From NCBI GenBank assembly GCA_000146465.1, contig CP001952.1: a stretch of DNA of 64,000 nucleotides; one strand, 5' to 3'. The position numbers and the translations under genes were made by a program. Shown here piece by piece: positions 8,483 to 18,467 of the stretch (the stretch's first letter is position 1; every line of letters begins with the position of its first letter). Below the pieces are notes generated by a model, which saw only the letters and a list, made by a program, of their open reading frames with translations, made no database searches and was not told where the DNA came from.

Positions 8483-10309
8483 TCATCCTAACATCCTCTG
8501 GAACACCTCGTCTATCTCCCTCTTTAGCTTGTCCAGCTTAGACTCCATCTCTTTCCCCGGAATCACAAACTTCATCTTCATCAGGCCATAGAACACATCC
8601 TCGGTTTCCTTCCGGACAGTGGACCAGCTGAACCTATAGTTCATTATGGCATTCTTGCAGTTGTCAAAATACAGAATGATATTCCGAAGCATCATCCTTG
8701 TCTTTGTAAACGGGCAATAGTTGTCGTACTTCGAGTATCCGTTCTGCTGCAAAAAGTCCTCTTTTATCAGCTTGGATATGTCCAGAATAAGCTTCTCGGT
8801 CTCTGAAAGAGCGTTTTTCCCTACCAATTGGACAATCTCCGAAAGATCGTCATCCAGCTGTAGAATCTCCCTGCACTTTGTCCTGTTCACAATAAAGTCT
8901 GGATCTACTTTGTTGTAGTACGGCTCCAGGTTTGAGAAGTACTTCGAGTAGCTCAGGTTCCAGTTTATCGATGGAAAATGTTTTCTTTGTGCAAGTTTCT
9001 TGTCAAGCCCCCAAAACACCTGTACAATCCCAAGAGTTGCCGATGTCACCGGGTCCGAAAAGTCCCCTCCAGGAGGAGAGACTGCTCCAACTATTGTCAC
9101 CGATCCGGTTCTCTTGGGAGATCCAAGACATACAACAGATCCCCCTCTTTCGTAGAAAAATGCAAGCTTTGCTCCAAGGTACGCCGGATATCCACTGTCT
9201 GCAGGCATCTCTGCAAGCCTTCCGCTTATTTCCCTCAGTGCCTCTGCCCATCTTGATGTCGAATCTGCCATCATCGACACATTCATCCCCTGGTCCCGGA
9301 GGTACTCCGAAATTGTTATCCCCGTGTAGATCGACGCCTCTCTTGCTGCAACAGGCATATTAGATGTGTTTGCTACCAGCACAGTTCTCTTCATAATACT
9401 ATCCTCTTTTCCTCCTACTGTCAGCTTCGGAAACTCCATCAGAACCTCACTCATCTCGTTTCCTCGCTCTCCACACCCAACATATACAATTGCATCGGAG
9501 TTTGAGTATTTCGATAAAGATTGGGAAATCACCGTCTTCCCACATCCAAATGCACCTGGAATCGCCGTAGTCCCTCCTTGAACACAAGGAAACAAAGAGT
9601 CTAGAATCCTCTGCCCAGTAAACAATGGATGTGTGGCATTCCTTTTCTCTTCAATAGGCCGGGGAACCCGAACAGGCCATGTATGATACATAAACATCTC
9701 CACTCTTCCCTTGCTGGTCTCAAGCTCCATCACAACATCCTTCAAGGTATAGTTTCCACGGGCTGCTATGAAAACAACCTTTCCGCTCTCCTTTGGAGGA
9801 ACAAGAATCTTTGTTTCAATAAGACTGTTTTCGTAGACCTTCCCAAAAATGTCTCCCCCAACAACATAGTCTCCAACACTGACTTCGGGGACAAACTCGT
9901 ATTCTCGCTCTCTGTCCAATGAAGGAATGTTTACACCCTTGGGTATGAAGATCCCCTCAGACCTTTCTTGGATTTCTTTTAGAGGTCTCTGAATCCCATC
10001 GTAGATGCTTTCAAAGAGTCCTGGCCCCAGCTCTGCACACAACGGCCTTCCTGTCCGAACAATCACATCTCCAACACACAGCCCGCTGGTGTCTTCATAC
10101 ACCTGGATGGTAGCTCTGTCCTTGTCGATCTTGATGATCTCCCCTGCTAGTCCCTCATTTCCAACCTTCACAAGCTCGTACATTGCACATCCAACCATGT
10201 CACATCCGACAACAACAGGACCGCTGACAGAATAAACCTTTCCTTCCATCCCCTTTACTGGCTCTTCTATGCTTAGCTTTGCAAATGTTTGCTGTACAAC
10301 ATTCATCAT
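8483..10309 (-). CDS. VMA1: V-type H+-ATPase catalytic subunit A
   Basis: [49 protein letters not shown] and P-loop GAFGCGKTV; length 608 aa. Confidence 0.9.
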   Translation of the reverse strand: MMNVVQQTFAKLSIEEPVKGMEGKVYSVSGPVVVGCDMVGCAMYELVKVGNEGLAGEIIKIDKDRATIQVYEDTSGLCVGDVIVRTGRPLCAELGPGLFESIYDGIQRPLKEIQERSEGIFIPKGVNIPSLDREREYEFVPEVSVGDYVVGGDIFGKVYENSLIETKILVPPKESGKVVFIAARGNYTLKDVVMELETSKGRVEMFMYHTWPVRVPRPIEEKRNATHPLFTGQRILDSLFPCVQGGTTAIPGAFGCGKTVISQSLSKYSNSDAIVYVGCGERGNEMSEVLMEFPKLTVGGKEDSIMKRTVLVANTSNMPVAAREASIYTGITISEYLRDQGMNVSMMADSTSRWAEALREISGRLAEMPADSGYPAYLGAKLAFFYERGGSVVCLGSPKRTGSVTIVGAVSPPGGDFSDPVTSATLGIVQVFWGLDKKLAQRKHFPSINWNLSYSKYFSNLEPYYNKVDPDFIVNRTKCREILQLDDDLSEIVQLVGKNALSETEKLILDISKLIKEDFLQQNGYSKYDNYCPFTKTRMMLRNIILYFDNCKNAIMNYRFSWSTVRKETEDVFYGLMKMKFVIPGKEMESKLDKLKREIDEVFQRMLG

Positions 10310-10380
10310 CCCCCTTGCCCAACCTAACTTTTTATTTCTCTAATTGTTTCGATTTCTCTCGATCCTTGCAAGCAGGATGT

Positions 10381-11343
10381 TCAAGTATTAGGAGTTCTGA
10401 TGCACAAGTCCATCATGTCTTTGATGAGTTCTCTTGGGCAATCTCTTCCATTTGCTACGAACAAGCTACTGAGACTTTGAGAGGCCGAATGTCTCTTTCT
10501 AGGATCAAAAGACAAAAGATTTCCGACAAAGTCGACTACCTCCTGCCCATAACATCCAAAGTCTTGCCCAAAGCTTGCCTCAAAGCTACCAGGTCTTCTG
10601 ATGTTCTTGAGATGGGGAAGACATAGCCCTGCAAAGTCTTCGTCTGCAGGATATCCTAGAAGTTTGAATATCCTATCAAGCTGGTCTATCTCTCCTTCCC
10701 CAGGTAGAATTGGCCCTCCCTTCAGCATCTCTCCAACAATGCACCCGACAGACCACATGTCAATCGACTCGTTGTAGGTTTCTGACCCAAGTAATACTTC
10801 AATGGCTCTATACCACAGGGTAACAACAAGATTGGTCATTGTGCTTCCAACAGCCCTTGCAAGCCCGAAGTCTGCTATCTTCAGATCTCCGCTCCTCATA
10901 AGAAGAATATTCGACGGTTTCAGGTCTCTATGGACTACTCCGATTCCGTGCAGAAACTCAAGTCCTTGAAGAATCTGGTATGTAAAGAACTTGGCCACTT
11001 CCATACCAATCCCCCCTGTCTTCAGAACAATGGACTTCAGGTCTATGTCACAGCACTCCATCACGATGAAAAAATCATTGATCTCGCATCCTTCCACCAC
11101 CTCCTCGATCCCCATCACATTCTTGTTTCTTGCATGCTTTAGAATCATCACCTCTCTCATGTATAGGATCGAAAACCCGTTGGTGTCGTGACACATCGAC
11201 GGATTCATCCTCTTTAGAGCAAACTCCTTCTTGTCTGTCTTCCGCCTCACCCTGTACACATTTCCAAAGCTACCCGAGGATATTCTGCAAAGTTTCTCGT
11301 ATTTCTCTATACTGTCACATTTACGTCCCCCCTTGAGTAGCAT
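10381..11343 (-). CDS. Cyclin-dependent kinase family Ser/Thr kinase
   Basis: GSFGNVYRV...HRDLKPSNILL...DFGLAR...WYRAIEVLLG: CDK/CMGC signatures. Confidence 0.75.
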   Translation of the reverse strand: MLLKGGRKCDSIEKYEKLCRISSGSFGNVYRVRRKTDKKEFALKRMNPSMCHDTNGFSILYMREVMILKHARNKNVMGIEEVVEGCEINDFFIVMECCDIDLKSIVLKTGGIGMEVAKFFTYQILQGLEFLHGIGVVHRDLKPSNILLMRSGDLKIADFGLARAVGSTMTNLVVTLWYRAIEVLLGSETYNESIDMWSVGCIVGEMLKGGPILPGEGEIDQLDRIFKLLGYPADEDFAGLCLPHLKNIRRPGSFEASFGQDFGCYGQEVVDFVGNLLSFDPRKRHSASQSLSSLFVANGRDCPRELIKDMMDLCIRTPNT

Positions 11344-11426
11344 TCCTGGGATTGTCTCTCTCGTTTTATCATTATCAGAACAAAGAAAATAACCATGGCG
11401 ATTTAATACTTATTTTTAGACCATCT

Positions 11427-12530
11427 TCATAGTTTGATGACCGAGATTCGTGGCCTAGGCCCCCTATTTCTCAGGTCTGTGGCTCCTTCATCATCACCTC
11501 CACTACTCGAGACATCTTCATAGCTTGCTTCGCTCTCCGACGGATATACCAGAGTGGCTCTCTCCCTTGTGCTTCCATCTGAAAGATGAAGAGTGGTGGT
11601 ATGACTAAGCCCTTTTTCATTCCCTCCCTGAAGCCCACTGCTTAAGGCCTTTGCTTCTGGCTTGAGAGGTTTTGAAGTCCTCTCGGTTGATACGCTAGCT
11701 TCCCTACTGATGGGACCTTCCAGCTTTCTATCAACAATCGGACTTGATGATGTCTTGGTCTCCTCCCCATCTTTTTTTGCATATACTATGTCTTCTTTCT
11801 TCTCCTTACTGCTCAAAGGGGATCGAGACACGGAGCCTTGGCTGCTCCCAAGATCAAGCTGCCCATTGCCATTCTTCATCGAGTTACTCTCCTTCAAGGC
11901 TTTACTTTTGTCCTGTGCTTGCTTACCATCTTCAATCAGTACCTCTGAAGTCGATGGCTTGAGAACGGTGCTAAAGCTTTCGTTAAGGAATTCTCCAATG
12001 AGTTTCTCAAGGCTCTCTCCACTCGAAACAACATTTTCAACTGTATTGCTTGAGCTGCTACTTGCAGGAAGCCCAGATACTCCAAAGCCTCTAGAAGAGG
12101 GTGTGCTGGAAGATTCAGGCTTCCTTTCGATCTCAGCGGACGAGCTGGGTTTGCCGGAAATAGAAATCCCGTGAATCTCTACCCCAGTTGCCTTTCCATG
12201 AAGATCAAGATCCCCCGAATACTTTGAGCCCTGGGAATTTATGACGCTGCTTACTCCCAAGCTCTTTTCAGGCAATTCCACATCACTAATGTCCCCAATC
12301 TGGGTCTTTTCTCCAAGATAGTATGGCTTGTTAAATAGAGACTTGGAACTTAGTGGGGTCCTTTCGGAATAACGATATGAGTACTTGGGGACATGGTATG
12401 TGCTTTCGCTCTTATTAAACTCATCTTTTTCCAAGCTAGACCTGTTGGAGGACTTGAGCTCCCCAACAATCTCAATCACTCTGTCCAGCTTCTTGTTTAC
12501 CATATCTATCTTTTGTTTCAGGACATCCAT
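11427..12530 (-). CDS. Ser-rich intrinsically disordered protein with N-terminal coiled coil, hypothetical
   Basis: 367-aa stop-free ORF; MDVLKQKIDMVNKKLDRVIEIVGELK followed by a low-complexity S/G/E/K-rich sequence. No family recognised. Confidence 0.4.
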   Translation of the reverse strand: MDVLKQKIDMVNKKLDRVIEIVGELKSSNRSSLEKDEFNKSESTYHVPKYSYRYSERTPLSSKSLFNKPYYLGEKTQIGDISDVELPEKSLGVSSVINSQGSKYSGDLDLHGKATGVEIHGISISGKPSSSAEIERKPESSSTPSSRGFGVSGLPASSSSSNTVENVVSSGESLEKLIGEFLNESFSTVLKPSTSEVLIEDGKQAQDKSKALKESNSMKNGNGQLDLGSSQGSVSRSPLSSKEKKEDIVYAKKDGEETKTSSSPIVDRKLEGPISREASVSTERTSKPLKPEAKALSSGLQGGNEKGLSHTTTLHLSDGSTRERATLVYPSESEASYEDVSSSGGDDEGATDLRNRGPRPRISVIKL

Positions 12531-12724
12531 CCTGTCGACGGTCTTCCTTTCGGCGAACTTCCCGCCGTTGTCTTCTTCCCAAACAGAGGCATTCTTCCCC
12601 TTTCGACAAGACCCATAGACTTAAGAGAGTTTCTCTTTGGTCCCATGAGATCTATCGCGAGTAGGACCATAACTATTCCGGTTGTGATGCATCCCATCAG
12701 AAAAACTGTTCTTTGGCCTTTCAT
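12518..12724 (-). CDS. Small single-TM protein (68 aa), hypothetical
   Basis: MKGQRTVFLMGCITTGIVMVLLAIDLMGPKRNSL... N-terminal TM helix then a basic tail. Sits in a 300-nt divergent gap; its stop overlaps the start of the 11427..12530 gene by 13 nt. Weak support. Confidence 0.2.
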   Translation of the reverse strand: MKGQRTVFLMGCITTGIVMVLLAIDLMGPKRNSLKSMGLVERGRMPLFGKKTTAGSSPKGRPSTGWMS

Positions 12725-12847
12725 CAGATGTTGTAAATAACTCAGCTCGTTTTATACCTGACTTCGAGACACTGTTTCATATCTCCCTTTCCCGCCATCC
12801 CAAGCTTGTTTCAGACTGGATCGAAAGAGTAGATGAAAGCACTCCCC

Positions 12848-13876
12848 ATGAAGGTATGTGTAATTGGTGGAGGACCTGCAGGACTGTACACTGCAGCTTC
12901 CTTACTATCGAGAGACGTCAATGTAACACTATACGAGAAGGAACCAGAGCTAGGGGGGCTGTACAGATACTCCTTGCTCCCTGAGTCGAGAATGTCTCCA
13001 TTTACGAAACTACTGGAGCACAAGAACTTTTCTTTGAAATTGAATTCCAAAATTGATCTTGAGAAGCTAAGTGGTATGGAAAAGGAATTTGATGCTTTCG
13101 TTATTGCTACAGGACCTGGAGGGCCAAGAAAGCTGGCAATTCCTGGAGCAGACCATTGCATCGGCAGTCTTGACATAGCAAAATCGTGGGCAGGAGAAGA
13201 GCCAAAATACACAGTAGGAAGCAAGGTTCTGATTGTTGGGATGGGAGACGTCTCTATGGACATTACAAAATATCTTTTTGGATGGGCCGGGCCTCAGTTC
13301 AAGTTTCCGAAAAATGCTCTTGAAAGAGTAAAAGAAGTTAGAGATGTAACCATCACATCTAGAAGAAATGTCTTGGAAAGTTCATTCTCCAACCATGGGC
13401 TGAGAAGCGTACTTGAAATTCCAAGGCTAGGATTCAGCTGGTCCTCGCCAAAAGACATATCTTGCCCGGACAAAGACAAGACCAAAGACCTTGAGCAGAA
13501 ATTCACTTATCTGCAGAAAGATGATGGGAAAAAAGACAATATTAATAAGTGGAAGGAGAGAAGACTAAGGCTGTTCCAAGGAGTCAGAGAGGGGGCCAAA
13601 AGACTCAGGCTGATGTTCAACACTAACATAAAGTCAATAGAAAGAGTTGGAAGGCAATACAAGGTGAAGATGGAGCAGGGTGGAATTCCCATCGAGGAAT
13701 ACTTCGACACAGTGATATCTAGTGTGGGCTTCAGCAGGGCAGATCCCAGAAGTTTAGGATTTACAAAGCCTGTGTATTATGTTGGATGGGCAAAGCATCC
13801 AAAGGGGAATGCCGAAAGAGCAAAAGAGGATGCCCAAGATGTTGTAAACAAAATAGTTGAAATGAAGAAAATGTAG
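12848..13876 (+). CDS. ARH1: NADPH:adrenodoxin (ferredoxin) oxidoreductase Arh1/FDXR, mitosomal Fe-S cluster pathway
   Basis: MKVCVIGGGPAGLYTA... FAD-binding GxGxxG at the extreme N-terminus. Track ORF starts at ATG 12833, but ctccccATG immediately precedes the second ATG at 12848. Confidence 0.8.
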   Translation: MKVCVIGGGPAGLYTAASLLSRDVNVTLYEKEPELGGLYRYSLLPESRMSPFTKLLEHKNFSLKLNSKIDLEKLSGMEKEFDAFVIATGPGGPRKLAIPGADHCIGSLDIAKSWAGEEPKYTVGSKVLIVGMGDVSMDITKYLFGWAGPQFKFPKNALERVKEVRDVTITSRRNVLESSFSNHGLRSVLEIPRLGFSWSSPKDISCPDKDKTKDLEQKFTYLQKDDGKKDNINKWKERRLRLFQGVREGAKRLRLMFNTNIKSIERVGRQYKVKMEQGGIPIEEYFDTVISSVGFSRADPRSLGFTKPVYYVGWAKHPKGNAERAKEDAQDVVNKIVEMKKM

Positions 13877-13894
13877 ATAGGCCTTCAAGGCATT

Positions 13895-14362
13895 ATGAAA
13901 AGAGAAGTTCCTGTGTCTACTATGTCATATCTGATCTGCGGCATTGTTGAATACCTACTGGAGCAAAAAAAAGATGTAGAAGCAAGTCTCAAGACCATAG
14001 GATACGAAATCGGCATAAAGCTTCTTGAGGTATGTAACTTTGAAAGAGAAGTACATATTCCAACACTTCTTTACAGAATTGCATTTGACTTTCTCTCCTT
14101 GGTTGGAGACAGTGACAAGAGGATTGACAAGTCTGAAGACTCCGACAAGACCTACTTCCTCACAGATGCCGATGGAGTCCTCTCAAGGTTCATGTCTGTG
14201 CCTACCGAATGGGATGGGTTTTCCGCAGATTCGGTTGTGTGTGGAATGATAGAGGCCGTTCTGATGGCATCTGGATACCGCTCCGAGGTCACGGCATTTC
14301 CAAAACCTTCGGAAAGTCTCTCCAACAGAGTTATCTTCCAGATCAACATTCTCGATCCATAG
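13895..14362 (+). CDS. TRAPP complex subunit, Bet3 family (Bet3/Trs31/Trs33-like)
   Basis: GYEIGIKLLE...YFLTDADGVLSRFMSVP...SVVCGMIEAVLMASGYRSEVTAF parallels Bet3 GFNIGVRLIE...LILENNPLVDFVELP...SNLLCGVLRGALEMVQMAVEAKF. Confidence 0.55.
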   Translation: MKREVPVSTMSYLICGIVEYLLEQKKDVEASLKTIGYEIGIKLLEVCNFEREVHIPTLLYRIAFDFLSLVGDSDKRIDKSEDSDKTYFLTDADGVLSRFMSVPTEWDGFSADSVVCGMIEAVLMASGYRSEVTAFPKPSESLSNRVIFQINILDP

Positions 14363-14411
14363 CATCCCCATGCTTCCTTCAACTAAATCTAGATTATATC
14401 TTATATTTTAT

Positions 14412-15176
14412 TTACATTTTACTTGGATTGACCTCGGAAACCACAAACCTTTTCATCTGACTCACCAAACTCGTAGATACATCAACATCACAAGATTCAA
14501 AGTCCCTTTCGTCGTTGGAGCAATCTCCAGACGACTCGGATCTGTCAAGAATCTTTGTGCTGTATTGCCTCACTCTCCTTCGTCTCTTAAACTCCTCTTT
14601 GGACAGGAATTCGTGGTCAAGCATCCATTTTCCTCCCTTTCCCCGTGTCCCTGGATCCCGAGGAACCTTCTTGAAACACTTGTTTAGAGACAGGTTGTGC
14701 CGTATGGAGTTCTTCCACACCGGATTTGCATATCGATAGTATTCAAACGAATCCTCAATCCACTTGTAAATCTCGCTAAGCGTGAGCTTTCCAGTCTTGC
14801 TCGTCCTTATGGCTCTCGTTATTATCTGTGCATACGAGAGAGAGGGCTTTGCTCTTAGGACATCGCAACCACCGAATTCTCTTGTCTTTTCTTCTTCCAC
14901 ATTCTCGTCCATCTCCTTCATTTCCAGGAAGTTACCGTAAAGACTTCGAGGATTTATCCTTGCATCGGGGCTTGAAGGCCTCATTCTATTCTCCATAAAT
15001 CTCATGTAGAACCTGTGGATAGCACTTTCTCCCTCAACCTCCTGTTCCAGGAACTCCCATAGAGAGGACTCTGCTTTTCCTCCTTCTTCCATACACAAGT
15101 CTTTTACATCCTGGTCCATATCCGACTCCAGAAGCTCTGTGTCCAAAAGATCCTGGAAGGTCGTGCTCCAGCTCAT
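14412..15176 (-). CDS. Forkhead-box transcription factor
   Basis: [78 protein letters not shown]: canonical forkhead/winged-helix domain. Confidence 0.85.
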   Translation of the reverse strand: MSWSTTFQDLLDTELLESDMDQDVKDLCMEEGGKAESSLWEFLEQEVEGESAIHRFYMRFMENRMRPSSPDARINPRSLYGNFLEMKEMDENVEEEKTREFGGCDVLRAKPSLSYAQIITRAIRTSKTGKLTLSEIYKWIEDSFEYYRYANPVWKNSIRHNLSLNKCFKKVPRDPGTRGKGGKWMLDHEFLSKEEFKRRRRVRQYSTKILDRSESSGDCSNDERDFESCDVDVSTSLVSQMKRFVVSEVNPSKM

Positions 15177-15382
15177 ATCTTAGGATCAACTAGCAAATAT
15201 ATAAGCCATTTTGTACTTATTAAAATTGGCATAATAGTCCATATTTGGTACAACATCTATCTTTTTGATAAATTTTTAAGGCTTTCATTAATATCAATTG
15301 TGTTGATTGGCCTGAGAAAAAGTTTAATGGTTATTAATAACTAATCGAGGCTATTTACCATTGAAGGCCATGATCTCGAAGA

Positions 15383-17368
15383 TCATCCGGCACAGGGTTT
15401 CTTTTCCTCCATTCTTGAAAATCCAAAGAGATATTTCCAAAGAATAAGCCATACAACTGTTATTCCCAGAACCATAGCCAAAGACACCAGGAATCGTTTG
15501 AGCCAAGGGCCCCTGAAGAGAGATTGGAACTTTTTCTTAAGGCTTTTTTCTTCCTTAGTCTTATCATCGGACAACTGAAGCCTCACAGAGGGAGTAAGCC
15601 TTCTGTCCAGAAGAAGAATACTTATAATACTAATAATGAGAAAAGAAATAAATAACATTACGAGCATGGGGAAGATAGATCCGATATTCTCCTTCTCCTT
15701 CTTCTCCTTTACACTTTCTACTAGTAAATTACAAAATTTATCTATTCGAGACCTAAAGGGCTTCTGAACATAAAAGATAGTTTCATAAAAAAGTTCAAGG
15801 AAAGAAGAAATCGATTGGGGTAAAAAACCCAAAATTTCCTTTGGTAGTAGCAGGTTTTTTATGACCTTGGGAATTCCTAGAGTTACGAGTATTGGGACAA
15901 CCAAATTAGCTACAAAAGATAAAATCTTTCCAAGACCTGTAGAGGGTTCAGCCACAGAGACAATCATCATGCGAGGAAGACAGGAAGAGAAAAACATTAA
16001 TATTAGGTTGGTGAAAAAGAAAGGAAGGTTTCTTGTTTCTATAGTCCCGAAGCAATAGAGAGTTCCTAATCCTAAAGTGCATCTAATGACAATCATCAAA
16101 AACTCAAAAATTACCGACGAAAGCCAGAAGGTTGCAGTATTGTACAATCCTTTACTGATTTCTTCTCTGGTATAATGAAGACTTTTCTCTAGTATTGCAT
16201 TTGAAAAAGGTATCAAGCTAAGGAGAAAAACTAGGTCACGGATGCAAGCTACTTGACGCCCTGTCTTAGTATTAACTTCTGCAAAGAAGATTGCGATAGA
16301 TAATCCTAGGACTATGGCCAAGCTAAGTAAAATCTCCCGTGATCGAACCCCGCTTAAAATCAACTGTCTCTTGATCAAGAGGATGGCCGATGAAAGGCTG
16401 GGGACAAGGGAAATTCTAGTATCTTCTTCCACCTTGAGTTTTATCTCCTTAACTTTTCTTCTTTTTTCCTTTTCTTCCTTCATCTCCCTCAACATATTAT
16501 TGATCTGAGTCTCGTACTGTTGTGACTCTTTACTTCCTTTTGTGAAGAGGCTGAACAGAAATTCCATGTTAGTTTTTGATAAACCTGAATTGTAGATTCC
16601 CTTGGTATTCAGAAAATCAATGAACTTATCGGGCGGACCAGCATATACCTTTGCCCCTCTGTTCAAAAACAGGAGACTATCAAAAAGATTGAAGAGCTCG
16701 GGCCCTGGCTGATGAACCGTCAATATCACTATTGCGCCACTCCTTCGAGCATATTCCTTGACAAACCTTACCACCTTTACTGCCAGCCCTGAGTCAAGCT
16801 CACTTGTGGGCTCATCAAGAAGCACTACTCTCAATTTCCCCTCCAGTAAAAGCATCTTAATCAAAGCAGTAGCTATGTTTGTTCTCTTACGCTCTCCTCC
16901 AGACAACATATTCATCTTGTGATGGCGTACATCATTCAAATTGAGAACATCCTTAAGAACTATATCTATGACCTCGTTAATGCGTTCCTTGTCTTCGTTA
17001 GGGAAAGAAAACAGAACTGTATAGTAAATGAACTCGTCAAGAGTTAGATCTTCAATTGAGTATCCAGACTGCCTCCCACATGAATGCTCGCTGTGCCATT
17101 TGTAGTAGTCTCTTTCCTCGTTGTCTATTAGTATCTGCCCGCTTGTCATGGATTCTTCTGGAAATAGACCTGATATACCTTCCATTATTGTTGTCTTTCC
17201 ACTTCCACTAGTTCCCATAAAAGCATATATCTCTTCAGATCTAAACTCCACATCGACATCTTTAATCATTATATCAAACCTTTCATTATAGGACATGTCT
17301 TGGCCAGGAGCCACGAGAACAACATCCTTGAGTTGAAGATGATGATTTTTCATTGTAGGGCTTCTCAT
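15383..17368 (-). CDS. ABCG-type half transporter (NBD-TMD)
   Basis: Walker A GTSGSGKTT, signature LSGGERKR, Walker B VVLLDEP, then six TM helices. Track start 17395 is TTG; ATG at 17368. Confidence 0.85.
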   Translation of the reverse strand: MRSPTMKNHHLQLKDVVLVAPGQDMSYNERFDIMIKDVDVEFRSEEIYAFMGTSGSGKTTIMEGISGLFPEESMTSGQILIDNEERDYYKWHSEHSCGRQSGYSIEDLTLDEFIYYTVLFSFPNEDKERINEVIDIVLKDVLNLNDVRHHKMNMLSGGERKRTNIATALIKMLLLEGKLRVVLLDEPTSELDSGLAVKVVRFVKEYARRSGAIVILTVHQPGPELFNLFDSLLFLNRGAKVYAGPPDKFIDFLNTKGIYNSGLSKTNMEFLFSLFTKGSKESQQYETQINNMLREMKEEKEKRRKVKEIKLKVEEDTRISLVPSLSSAILLIKRQLILSGVRSREILLSLAIVLGLSIAIFFAEVNTKTGRQVACIRDLVFLLSLIPFSNAILEKSLHYTREEISKGLYNTATFWLSSVIFEFLMIVIRCTLGLGTLYCFGTIETRNLPFFFTNLILMFFSSCLPRMMIVSVAEPSTGLGKILSFVANLVVPILVTLGIPKVIKNLLLPKEILGFLPQSISSFLELFYETIFYVQKPFRSRIDKFCNLLVESVKEKKEKENIGSIFPMLVMLFISFLIISIISILLLDRRLTPSVRLQLSDDKTKEEKSLKKKFQSLFRGPWLKRFLVSLAMVLGITVVWLILWKYLFGFSRMEEKKPCAG

Positions 17369-17408
17369 ACACTGCTTTATAAACGGAATTATCAAAATTT
17401 TACTAAAT

Positions 17409-18047
17409 ATGGGTAATAGAAGATTATCAAAAATTTTTCTTCTAAAATCTATGTATTATAGTATTGCGGACCCCAAGCAAATACGAATTAAAATCCCAAG
17501 ACAAGAAGAACCCATGAATAAGCTTCCATCAAGGTTCCATGTTACCCTCAAAGTCCTTGAGAATTCCGGCAACGAAATTTCCAAAGACACCTATGAGAAG
17601 GACTTGAAGAGTATATGCACCCTGGAGTCCCAAGAACATGTTTCCTATCTGTTGCATCACTTGAAAGACTTCGATAAAATAGACAAGCAATTTTATATCA
17701 ACGTATTTAAAGAGGGAATCAGCCCTGTTTGGGAAGACGAGAACAATATGAATGGATGTGACTGGAGTCTTATGCTTAAGAAAGAGGTGTGCCAGAGATA
17801 CTTTGAGAGACTTCTTGTAAATCTATGTACAGGCTACTTCAAGACGTTTGAGCCCACCGGAATTGTAGGGATACACAAGGACAACAGATTCAAGCTTAGC
17901 ATATGGTCGAAGAACATTCCATCGACAGCAGATTGCGGGGCAATAATCAACGAGCTGAAGGCTGCACTGGAGATAGATTTTGTAATTACATTCCACTACA
18001 AAAACCATTCGAAGATACTGGCATATCACAAATCTCTTGATGCATGA
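17409..18047 (+). CDS. Translation initiation factor eIF4E (cap-binding)
   Basis: FKEGISPVWEDENNMNGCDWSLML matches the eIF4E core G(I/V)xPMWEDxxNxxGGRW. Alternative start at ATG 17514, which has agaacccATG upstream. Confidence 0.7.
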   Translation: MGNRRLSKIFLLKSMYYSIADPKQIRIKIPRQEEPMNKLPSRFHVTLKVLENSGNEISKDTYEKDLKSICTLESQEHVSYLLHHLKDFDKIDKQFYINVFKEGISPVWEDENNMNGCDWSLMLKKEVCQRYFERLLVNLCTGYFKTFEPTGIVGIHKDNRFKLSIWSKNIPSTADCGAIINELKAALEIDFVITFHYKNHSKILAYHKSLDA

Positions 18048-18172
18048 TAGGAATTTCCTGGAAAAGACCGGCAGCAGTATCGGGTGATCAAATAAAGAAT
18101 ATATCCTCCCAAGATTTTGAGCCTCTGAGAAAGCAATAGAGGGTAATTCAACCCAAAGAACACGGTTTATTG

Positions 18173-18427
18173 CTATATGTCGTCCAACTCAAAGAAGTTA
18201 CCTCTTCTCCTGAAATTAACACTAGGCTTGGAGTTTTTTTCTTCGATCTTTTTTGCAATCTCGATGTACTCGCTGTAGGAGATAGGCCTTCTTACGGAAT
18301 AGAAGTGCTGTGCAAGTGCACTTTGCAGCATCTCTCCCTTTTCCTTATTTATGTGCTTCAGCGTAGAAAGGGCCTCCAGTGACCTCTCGTCCAACACCCT
18401 ACGTATCAACTCGTCCGACTGGTCCAT
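18173..18427 (-). CDS. Small hydrophilic protein (84 aa), hypothetical
   Basis: ATG ORF MDQSDELIRRVLDERSLEALSTLKHINKEKGEMLQSALAQHFYSVRRPISYSEYIEIAKKIEEKN... fills a 420-nt gap between the convergent eIF4E and NOT1 genes. Confidence 0.3.
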   Translation of the reverse strand: MDQSDELIRRVLDERSLEALSTLKHINKEKGEMLQSALAQHFYSVRRPISYSEYIEIAKKIEEKNSKPSVNFRRRGNFFELDDI

Positions 18428-18467
18428 GGGTCCCGTGTGGAATTCATTAAACTACATCTGGTTTACT

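Noticed and set aside
12393-12740. Plus-strand 115-aa ORF in the gap upstream of ARH1.
   Set aside because: It overlaps the minus-strand small TM ORF and the start of the Ser-rich gene. Composition is unremarkable and there is no start-context motif. Treated as spurious.
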